A stretch of DNA of 64,000 nt from Candidatus Tectimicrobiota bacterium. Its GTDB lineage: Bacteria > JACPUC01. Where the stretch lies: assembly GCA_016192455.1 (NCBI GenBank), contig JACPUC010000014.1, positions 1 to 64,000 of the forward strand, read 5' to 3'. A model generated the notes under the pieces. That model ran no database searches, was not told the DNA's origin, and was given only the letters and a program-made list of their open reading frames with translations. The translations under genes and the position numbers were made by a program. The first letter of the stretch is position 1; each line of letters begins with the position of its first letter. Positions 17,653 to 25,744 of the stretch are shown piece by piece.

Positions 17653-19425
17653 TCAGCTCTTCGCCGGTTCTTCGATGACGGCCTGGAGGATGGCGAAGCG
17701 CCCCCTCTTCACTTCCTTCAGGCAGCGCTCGAGCGCCGGCCGCAGCTTGGCTGGCTCCTCCACCGCCTCGCCATAGCCGCCGAAGATCGGCGCCAGGCCG
17801 GCGTAGTCGGTCTGCGGCTTGATGTCGGAGCCGTAGTGGATGCCGGTCTTCGCCGCATACCCCTTCGGGTAGTATTTCAGCAGCGAGCCGCGCATGGCGG
17901 AGTAGCTCTGGTTGTCGTAGATGACGAGCAGGATCGGAGCGACGTACTCCTGCATGAACCCGAAGCAGGCGAGGGCTGGACTGTAGTAGAAGGAGCCGTC
18001 CCCCACCAGGGCGACGACGAGCCGCTCGGGCTTGGCGATCTTCACCCCCAGGGCGATGCCGAAGCCCATGCCGAGGCCGCCGCTGAATTTCGAGATGAGG
18101 GTGCCAGGCTTGCTGCGCTGGATGTGGTTCTGGATACTGAAGCGGGAGGTGATCGTCTCCTCCACCACGATCGCCTCCGCCGGCAGGAGCTGCCCGAGCA
18201 CGTGCGACACCCAGGCGTCCTGCATCCTGGGGAGTTTCCCCGCCGCCTCTCCAATCTGCGTGTACTGGCGGCGCACCGCTACGTGCCGCGCCTTCGTTTC
18301 GTGCTGGCGCTTCGCCAGACCCCGCGCCTTCTTCGCCGCCTCGGTGGTGCGCAGGTGCGCCAGGAGGTCATCGAGGGTCGCCCCCAGGTTGCCGTACACG
18401 AAGAGATCGGTGCGGTAGTGCCACATCGGCAACTGGGCCCGCGGCTCCTCATCGAGGACCACGACCTTGGCGGTGGGGGCTGGTTCAGCCGAGGCGGGGT
18501 GCCAGGGCGCGCGGCAGCCCACGAGCAGGAGGAGGTCCGCGTCCTTGCAGGCGTCGGGCACGTCGAAGCCGACGTGCAGCGGATGGTCATCCGGCATGTT
18601 GACCGCGGCCCGCCCCGCCTCGACGACCGGGATTGCCAGCTCCTCCGCCACCGCCTGCAGGCGCGCCACGTTGCCGGAATCGTCGCCGGCCCGCTCGGCG
18701 ACGATCACCGGACGCCGGCTCTTGCGCAGCAGCTCAGCCACTTGGGCGATCGCCGCCGCATCGGGGCGGGTGCGCGACACCTCTTTGCCGGTCTTCGGCA
18801 TGAGGTGCGCCGGAATGTCGCCGAAGGAGACCTCCATCGAGATGGAGAGCACCACCGGCCCGTAGGGCGGCGTGAGCGCCAGCTTGCAGGCGTGCGCCAG
18901 GATCATCGGCAGCGACGTGGTGCTGGGGACCTTCACCGCCCACTTGACGTACGGCTCCACCAGCTTGATCGGTCCCCCGACATCGGCGAGCTGCTCGAGC
19001 CACTGCCGACCCGGGTCGACGGTGGGATCCTCGCCAAAGCAGTCGGTGTCCCCCGCCAGCACGACCATCGGCACGAAGGTGCGCATGGCGGAGCGCAAGG
19101 CCATGGCCCCGTGCAGACAGCCGACGCCGGTGTGCAGCACCACCGCCGGCAGCCGGCCCGTGGCCCGGTAGTAGCCGATGGCCATGGCGACGACCTGGGT
19201 CTCGTCCCGGCAGTTGTGGTAGCGCGGCAAGGAGTTCTCTTGGGCCCGGCGCTTCGCCAACGCCTCCCAGATCGCCGGCCAGTCGGAACCCGGCGAGGAG
19301 ATGATGTCGGTGACGCCGTACCCCTCCATGATCTCCAGGATGGCATCGCCAGCGAACAGGGCGCCCTTTGCCTCCCGGGGCCGCGTCCTCTCCACTGCCC
19401 TGAGCTTCGCAACCTTGACACTCAT
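17653..19425 (-). CDS. Thiamine diphosphate-dependent enzyme (acetolactate synthase/benzoylformate decarboxylase-like)
   Basis: SPGSDW, RDETQVVAMAIGY (catalytic Glu), GDGS...DNQSY ThDP motif; GAAGGAG RBS. Confidence 0.9.
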   Translation of the reverse strand: MSVKVAKLRAVERTRPREAKGALFAGDAILEIMEGYGVTDIISSPGSDWPAIWEALAKRRAQENSLPRYHNCRDETQVVAMAIGYYRATGRLPAVVLHTGVGCLHGAMALRSAMRTFVPMVVLAGDTDCFGEDPTVDPGRQWLEQLADVGGPIKLVEPYVKWAVKVPSTTSLPMILAHACKLALTPPYGPVVLSISMEVSFGDIPAHLMPKTGKEVSRTRPDAAAIAQVAELLRKSRRPVIVAERAGDDSGNVARLQAVAEELAIPVVEAGRAAVNMPDDHPLHVGFDVPDACKDADLLLLVGCRAPWHPASAEPAPTAKVVVLDEEPRAQLPMWHYRTDLFVYGNLGATLDDLLAHLRTTEAAKKARGLAKRQHETKARHVAVRRQYTQIGEAAGKLPRMQDAWVSHVLGQLLPAEAIVVEETITSRFSIQNHIQRSKPGTLISKFSGGLGMGFGIALGVKIAKPERLVVALVGDGSFYYSPALACFGFMQEYVAPILLVIYDNQSYSAMRGSLLKYYPKGYAAKTGIHYGSDIKPQTDYAGLAPIFGGYGEAVEEPAKLRPALERCLKEVKRGRFAILQAVIEEPAKS

Positions 19426-19697
19426 GCTATGGCTCCTTCCATGACCCTGCACCAGCAGCGCAGAGAGAGACCTCGACCCGGATGAACCTCCGGTGCGCAC
19501 CCCGTGAAGGTATTCGATGACGACGCGGCGGCGCCTTGGGGGCAACCTCGCCTCGCAACATTGTGCGTCACGTTATTTGCCGCAGCAAGTATGGCAGAAA
19601 AGCAGCCCCGCCGTAAAGCGTCGCCCGGCTCCGGCGCGGTTCACGCGGGCCCGGCGCAGGCGTCGCGAGGTCGCCGCGGACGTCTGGGCCGCGCGGT

Positions 19698-21116
19698 TCA
19701 GGACGAGGCCTCATGCCTGCGACCGAAGAGCGCTCCCACATACGCTGCCAGGACCGGCATGACGGGCGCGCGATAGCGCGGCACGCCGAAAACCGCGGAA
19801 ACGCCTCGCGTGCTCGCCGTCAGCACGTGGTAGAGCAACACGCCGAGCAGCAGCGCGTGGAGGGCGCGATGCTCCCGTCTGCCGCGCGCGAGCCGCCAAA
19901 GAACGACGCCGATGCCGAGGTAGGAGAGCCACAGGTGGGCGAACGTCCCCAGGAACGCAAACCAGCGGTACAGGTTCGCACCGAACCACTTGTCGAGATA
20001 GGCCCTGATCGGCAGCCGCCAGAGATCACCGAGAGGCTCGCCAACCAGCACGGGCGCCGCGAAGTAATCCTGCAGCGCCGTCTCTTCGTGCGGAAAGGCC
20101 ATGAGGATGAAGGCGGCAAAGGCGGTGGCGCGCACGACCGTCCAGGGCTCCTGGCGGCGCAGCGCCCGCGCTTGCTCGGCACAGTGCCGGTAGAACCCTT
20201 GCAGGGTGATGCCGGCGGCGCGGAGCGCCGCCGCCGTGGGGTTGAAGGTGCCGCACGGCAGCGAGGGATGCGGGCCGAGAGCGCCGAACCGTCGCCATGC
20301 CTCATCAGCCGTCAGACCCCTGCCATAGACGAGCACGCTGACGCCGAGGCTCGAATGCGAGGAGAGCGCGTAGGAGAAGCGTGCCTCGCCGGTCAGCCGA
20401 TAGGTGCGCAGCCGCCAGGCGCCGGTCAAGACGACCCAGGGGAGGGCGGCGCAGAGCGCGATGGTACCCAGCCGCCGCCAAGGCACCCGGCGCCAGGCAA
20501 GAAGACCGAGCATTCCCAGGCTGCTGGCGTAGAAGAGGTACCAGCCGATGACGCGGAGGTAGACGGCCAGCGCCATGAACAGCCCGAAGCGGAAGGCCGC
20601 TCCATGGTCAACGCGCTCCTCCTCCAGGAGACGCACGCCGGCCGCCACGGCGAGCATCATGAGGAGGGTGTAGAGCGACTCCGTCATGAGCCGCAGGCCA
20701 TAGATCACCGTGCAGAAGTCGAGCGCCAACCAGAGTGCGGCCGCGAGCCCTCCGCGCGACCCCCAGAGCTTCCTGGCGATCCGCCAGGCGACGAGAAGCG
20801 TGGCCGCATTCGCCAGAATCTGGAGGGTCACCAGGGGGACCTGATGCGTCCCCAAGAGGAGCGTGCTGAGCGCAATGAGCAGGGGATAGCCGGGAGGCCG
20901 GACGAGCTCCGGCACCTCCGGGGAGTCCGGATTGTTCGCGTAGACGCCGTGCCGCAGCAAGGCGAAGGCGGGACGTTCGTAGGTCCAAGTGTCTCCGCCA
21001 CGGAGAGGCGGCGGATCCTTCCGCAGGATGAGGAAGAGCCCGGTGAATTGACTGAGAAGGGAGAAGAGGAGAATGCCGAGGAGGGCGTAGGTTCCTTTTG
21101 CGCTTGCCTGGTGCAC
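19698..21116 (-). CDS. GT-C (ArnT/PMT, GT39/GT83-like) polytopic glycosyltransferase
   Basis: GDTWTY after the first TM, RPPGYPLL, LMTESLY, many TM segments, C-terminal PRYRAP. Confidence 0.8.
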   Translation of the reverse strand: MHQASAKGTYALLGILLFSLLSQFTGLFLILRKDPPPLRGGDTWTYERPAFALLRHGVYANNPDSPEVPELVRPPGYPLLIALSTLLLGTHQVPLVTLQILANAATLLVAWRIARKLWGSRGGLAAALWLALDFCTVIYGLRLMTESLYTLLMMLAVAAGVRLLEEERVDHGAAFRFGLFMALAVYLRVIGWYLFYASSLGMLGLLAWRRVPWRRLGTIALCAALPWVVLTGAWRLRTYRLTGEARFSYALSSHSSLGVSVLVYGRGLTADEAWRRFGALGPHPSLPCGTFNPTAAALRAAGITLQGFYRHCAEQARALRRQEPWTVVRATAFAAFILMAFPHEETALQDYFAAPVLVGEPLGDLWRLPIRAYLDKWFGANLYRWFAFLGTFAHLWLSYLGIGVVLWRLARGRREHRALHALLLGVLLYHVLTASTRGVSAVFGVPRYRAPVMPVLAAYVGALFGRRHEASS

Positions 21117-21289
21117 GGCTCTTCCACAGGCTTCGTGGCGTTGCTGATCGCCACGCCGCGAGGCGCCGGAGGCGGTTCACGGCGGACTGCCTCGCGCGAC
21201 CTTCCGACCGACGGTGCCGCGTTCTCCTCCGCTGCGAGCCGCGCGGGCGGCTCACCACGCCGGAGGTCACCGCGACGTCGGTTCGCTCT

Positions 21290-22330
21290 TCACGTGTAGC
21301 GGCTGCGCAGGTACCTCGTTGCCAGGCTGGCCAGCACGCGCGGCTGCAGGGCGAACATGGCGTTCGTCTCCAGCATGCAGGCGCTGCTGCAGGTGGCGCA
21401 GCCGTGGTGGCGCGTCCGGGCCTGCGCCGCCGCGACCCCGGCGGTCTTGACGTTCAGCGCGGGCATCTGCCGCACTGTCATGGCGCACGGGTAGAGGTCG
21501 CCGTTGGCGTAAATGACACAGTGGAACCTGCCCGCTGAGCAGGGAGGGCCTGGAAAGCCCCGCAGCGCCTCCACGTCGCGCAGGCGATCAACGGAGAAGT
21601 TCGGCCATTGCCGCAGAACTTCATAGCTGGAGCTGGAGAAGAGGATCTGCGGGTTGGACTTCTTGGCTTCGCGGATCGCCGCCACCACCTGCCGCATCCT
21701 GGCGTCCTGGAGCCGATGCTGCGCCGCGTCCTGGTAGAGGCCGTTCTCCTCCGAGCGCATGAGGTTCAACGACAGCGGCAGGCCCTCCCGTCGGCTGAAC
21801 TCCAGCAGCCAACCGAGCAGGTGGGCGTTGTTGGCGTTCAGGACGGCATTGATCTTCACCGGCACCTGCCAGCTCCGCGCCGCCTCGATGGCCCGTAGCA
21901 CCTCGCGGTGGCTCCCCTCCCCGCGGTTGCGGTCGTGCGCCGCCGCATCGCCGTCGAGGCTGAGGGTTAGGGTGTGGAGCCGCTTGACCACCTCGGGACG
22001 GTTCGGCACCAGCGTGCCGTTTGACACCATGGCGCAGCGCAAGCCCAGCTCGCGCGCGTGCGCCACGATCTCCCCCAGGTCCCGGCGCAGCAGCGGCTCG
22101 CCGCCGAAGAAGAGGACGCGCCGGGCGCCGAGGGCGCGCAGCTCGTCAAGCACCGCGCGCCACTCCGCGGCGCTCAGCTCCGCCTCGTTCCGGGAGGGGT
22201 AGGAACAATAGACGCAGCGCAGGTTGCAGTGCGTGGTGACGTAGAGCGTCACGTGCAGGGGGACCGACGCCCCCGTCACCTTCGCCGCGACGAGACGCGC
22301 CGCTACGCGTGCTGCTTCTCGCCACTGCAC
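21290..22330 (-). CDS. Radical SAM protein with twitch/SPASM-type C-terminus (paralog 2)
   Basis: CNLRCVYC, GGEPLLR, SNG, SLDG; CSAG...NGDLYPC...CATC. Confidence 0.9.
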   Translation of the reverse strand: MQWREAARVAARLVAAKVTGASVPLHVTLYVTTHCNLRCVYCSYPSRNEAELSAAEWRAVLDELRALGARRVLFFGGEPLLRRDLGEIVAHARELGLRCAMVSNGTLVPNRPEVVKRLHTLTLSLDGDAAAHDRNRGEGSHREVLRAIEAARSWQVPVKINAVLNANNAHLLGWLLEFSRREGLPLSLNLMRSEENGLYQDAAQHRLQDARMRQVVAAIREAKKSNPQILFSSSSYEVLRQWPNFSVDRLRDVEALRGFPGPPCSAGRFHCVIYANGDLYPCAMTVRQMPALNVKTAGVAAAQARTRHHGCATCSSACMLETNAMFALQPRVLASLATRYLRSRYT

Positions 22331-23376
22331 GGTGAAGGCTCCCAGCCGTTCCGCCGGCGCGTCGGGTTCAGGTAGTTGCGCCAGAAGTTGCCCAGCACCG
22401 CCGGGCGCAAGGCGAAGACGGCCCGGCTCTCATGCAGCCAGGTGTTGTAGCAATCAAAGCACGAGTGCTGCTGGGCATGCCGCCAGGCCGCTTCGACACC
22501 ATCGCGCAGGGCATTCTTCGCGGTGAACGTGGCGCCGTGCAGTGCGCAGGGGATAAGGTCGCCATTCGGTTCGACATTGAGGAAGTAACGTCCGGCGGTG
22601 CAGGGGGAGACCTCCGCCGGCCGCACCAGCCGCTCGAGGCTGAAATCCGGCCAGTTCAAGGTGTGGCGATAGGAGTGGGCGCTGAAGAGCACGGGCGCGC
22701 CGGCCTCCTTGGCGGCGAGGATTTTGGCGAGGATGGCGCGGATTTCCTCCGGCGCCGGCATCAGCTCCGTCGTGTGCGCGCCAAAGGCCACCTCATTCGT
22801 TTGCAGGAGCTGGAAGTTCACCATCACCCCCAGGCGCGCGGCGGTGGCAAGGAGCCAGTCGATGTCGCCGGCGCTGTGGCGGGTGACGACGGCGTTCAGG
22901 AAGAACTCGATCCCTTCCTGCTTGCAGAGGTCGATGGCGCGCATGACGCGTCGCCAGGTGCCGGCGCCGCGGTGCCGGTCGTGCGTCACTTCGTCGCCGT
23001 CCAGGGAGATGACCAGCTCGTCGGCGCGCCGCACGGCATCCAAGCGCTCTGGGAGCATGAGGCCGTTCGTCACCACGGCGGCGCGCATCCCAAGGCGCTT
23101 CACCTCGGCGAGGAGCTCCCCCAGGTCCTTGCGCAGCAGCGGCTCGCCGCCGTGGAACTTGACGCGCACTGTTCCCAGGCGGGCGAACTGGCGTAGGATC
23201 TCTTTATGCTCGGCGGTGGAGAGCTGCGTCGCCGGGCGATGGGGAGAGTTGCAGTAGTCGCAGCGAGCGTCGCAGCCGTAGAGGAGCACGTACTGCACGA
23301 AGAAGGGACGTACTTCCCCCTTCAGCTTCGCCGCCAGGATCTTCGCCCCGATGGCAAGCTTTGCCGTGGTCTTCAT
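22303..23376 (-). CDS. Radical SAM protein with twitch/SPASM-type C-terminus (paralog 1)
   Basis: CDARCDYC, GGEPLLR, TNG, SLDG; CTAG...NGDLIPC...CFDC. Confidence 0.9.
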   Translation of the reverse strand: MKTTAKLAIGAKILAAKLKGEVRPFFVQYVLLYGCDARCDYCNSPHRPATQLSTAEHKEILRQFARLGTVRVKFHGGEPLLRKDLGELLAEVKRLGMRAAVVTNGLMLPERLDAVRRADELVISLDGDEVTHDRHRGAGTWRRVMRAIDLCKQEGIEFFLNAVVTRHSAGDIDWLLATAARLGVMVNFQLLQTNEVAFGAHTTELMPAPEEIRAILAKILAAKEAGAPVLFSAHSYRHTLNWPDFSLERLVRPAEVSPCTAGRYFLNVEPNGDLIPCALHGATFTAKNALRDGVEAAWRHAQQHSCFDCYNTWLHESRAVFALRPAVLGNFWRNYLNPTRRRNGWEPSPCSGEKQHA

Positions 23377-24623
23377 GCGCCATCCTTATGGCACGGCCTG
23401 CTCAGAGGCGGAGAGCCTCGGAAAGCACGCCGTCTGCCGTGAGAAACGGAGACGCAGTAGCGCCAGGAGGAGTTGGTGATGTCGCGCAGGCGGTAATCGG
23501 CGATCTGTGAGTGCGAAAAAGGGAGACGCAGCAGCGCCAGAAAGAGCACGCCGCAAAGAAGCGCGCCGAGGGCAGCGTAGCGCAGCACGGGAGGCCGGGC
23601 CGACGCTGCACCAAGCCCGACAGCGGCGGTTACAGTTGCGAGGCCGACCAGGGCGAGGACGACGCCGGCAACCCCCGCGGCCGCGGCCGCCCCGGCGACG
23701 CCGACGCCAGCCAGCGCCGACAGGGGAGGCGCGAGCACAAGGAGGGCGGCGCGCCAAAGAAAAACCTGCCGCGCCGTCGCCGTCATGCCCCGCACCCGCG
23801 GGGCAAAGCGAACGACCTCGCGCAGGTAGGCATCGGCCTTGCGCAGCTTGTGGCGAAGAAGCTGCCGCAGGGTGACGGGGGAACGCAGCTCCGCGACCTG
23901 CGCCTCTACCACCGCCACCCGCTGCCCGGTCGCGGCGGCCAGCAAGGCGACATGGATGTCATCGGCCACCACATCCGCCGGCAGAGCCGTCAGCAGCGCA
24001 CGCCGGAAGACGTAGCACGGCGCCGTCACGATGCCGGCGCAGCCACGCTCGCTCTCCCACCGCAGGAGGCGGTTGACCAGCCGCCAGTGGAGCGACTCGA
24101 GGGGGTGCGCTTGGCGAGGGGTCACGGTGGTCCCTACCACGGCGATGCTCGGCTCGGCGCCGGCCGCGGCAAGCAGCCGCAGGAGCGTATCGGGGGCGAG
24201 GCGCGCATCGGCATCGGTCACCATCACCCACGGCCCTCGCGCCTGCGACAGCGCCAGGTTGAGCTGCGCCGTCTTGTCGGCGCGGCCCAGGCTGAGGAGC
24301 TGGAAACGCGGGTCGTTGCGGATGGCCGCGGCGACGATCGCGCGCGTTCCATCCCTAGACCCGCCGTCGACGATCCAGTAACGCAGTCGCTCCGTCGGGT
24401 AACGCAGGCGCGCGAGGTTCGCGAGCTTCTCCCCGATCCACGCCGCCTCGTTGTAGACCGGCACAACGACATCGACGCAGGGCCAGTCGGCCAGGATGGG
24501 GTAGGCTTCCGCCGACTGACGTGCCGCTCCCCACCGCAACCACCAGCGGTAAACGATGGCCAGAACCGCCAGGCACGTCCCCGCAGCCGCAGCAAGAATC
24601 ACGCAGCCAATCCAGATGCTCAT
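23373..24623 (-). CDS. Membrane-bound family 2 glycosyltransferase (CESA-like)
   Basis: N-terminal TM, VVVPVYNE, VDGGSRDGT, TDADA (DxD), ADD, C-terminal TMs; stop overlaps the next ATG (ATGA). Confidence 0.87.
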   Translation of the reverse strand: MSIWIGCVILAAAAGTCLAVLAIVYRWWLRWGAARQSAEAYPILADWPCVDVVVPVYNEAAWIGEKLANLARLRYPTERLRYWIVDGGSRDGTRAIVAAAIRNDPRFQLLSLGRADKTAQLNLALSQARGPWVMVTDADARLAPDTLLRLLAAAGAEPSIAVVGTTVTPRQAHPLESLHWRLVNRLLRWESERGCAGIVTAPCYVFRRALLTALPADVVADDIHVALLAAATGQRVAVVEAQVAELRSPVTLRQLLRHKLRKADAYLREVVRFAPRVRGMTATARQVFLWRAALLVLAPPLSALAGVGVAGAAAAAGVAGVVLALVGLATVTAAVGLGAASARPPVLRYAALGALLCGVLFLALLRLPFSHSQIADYRLRDITNSSWRYCVSVSHGRRRAFRGSPPLSRPCHKDGA

Positions 24624-25181
24624 TTCCTCAAGACTCCCGGCGCCGCCCCCAGACGAAAGAACAGACTCGGCGTGCCGCGGCAATCCGCCACTCACTACCA
24701 CAAGAGAAGCACCACGTCCAGCCCCTTCGCCGAAATCCGTCGCCCCGCGGCGCGATCCCCGGCAAATCCCTCCTCGCCGCGGCAGCAGGAAACGAAGGCC
24801 TGGGGAGGGTGGAGAGACGGAGCCCAGGGGCGGCATCCTTGCCGCGAGGGAATCCGCTCCCCGAGCTTGCGCAAGATTGGAGAAGGTCTCGCCGCCGCGG
24901 AACGGGAGCTGACCGGACCAGCGACGTTGCCTCGCGCTGGGGGAGCCCCAGGCAGGGAAGGTTTCCGCCAAAGCCCTTCAGGCAACTTGCAAATCCGATT
25001 TACAAATCTGCGGCCCGAACCAATACTCAGCGTTGTAATGAGATCTGAGGTTCTGCGTGACGCAAGATGCCGCCTCTGTCCGGGTGGGTGGAGGTTCGCC
25101 ACCGTGGAGAAGCGCGCAGGCTGGTGACGCGGTAGACTCGCCGGGGCCAGAGTCCTGGGCGGTGCGGGAAGGAGAGAGCCA

Positions 25182-25388
25182 ATGCCAATCGTGAAGATCA
25201 TCGAGTTGATTGGGGAATCGCCGAATAGCTGGGACGAGGCAATGAAGAACCTCATCACGGAAGCCCAGCAGACCCTGCGCGGCATCACCCGCATCGGCGT
25301 CAGAGAGATGGATGTGCGGTTGGTTGATGATCGGGTAGACGTGTACCGCGTGCGGGCGGAGGTCTCCTTCCGCGTGATCAGGAGCTAG
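25182..25388 (+). CDS. Dodecin-family flavin-binding protein
   Basis: KIIELIGESPNSWDEA...TLRGI...YRVRAEVSF, 68 aa, GGAG RBS. Confidence 0.9.
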   Translation: MPIVKIIELIGESPNSWDEAMKNLITEAQQTLRGITRIGVREMDVRLVDDRVDVYRVRAEVSFRVIRS

Positions 25389-25744
25389 GCCCGGACCGGA
25401 GAACTGCTTCTCATTGCTCCTTGTCGCGTTGACACGGCAAGGCGAAACACCCTGCAAGCCGGCGAAGCGGCCTCCTTGCTGGGGGGTCCCTGTTCCGCGC
25501 CCTCCCCTTTCCACCGCGAGGCGAGAGCCAAGGAGCGGGAGCGGCGCGGCGGGACATCCCCACCAGCTCTCCCAGGACCCTCGTGCGGAACGTCGCCAGC
25601 GCAAGTCCGCAACGAACTTCCGAACCCTGCGACAAGGTTCCAGCGGACGTTGAAGGGAGGCGGTGCGAGGGCCGCTTTCTTCCCCCGAGTGGTAGCCGCC
25701 CTGACCGCAGCCGCCCGGCGCATGCTTCCCATCGCCTCCCCGCG

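Noticed and set aside
21290-23376. RiPP maturase interpretation of the radical SAM pair
   Set aside because: No precursor peptide, PqqD/RRE domain, peptidase or exporter nearby; the neighbours are glycosyltransferases
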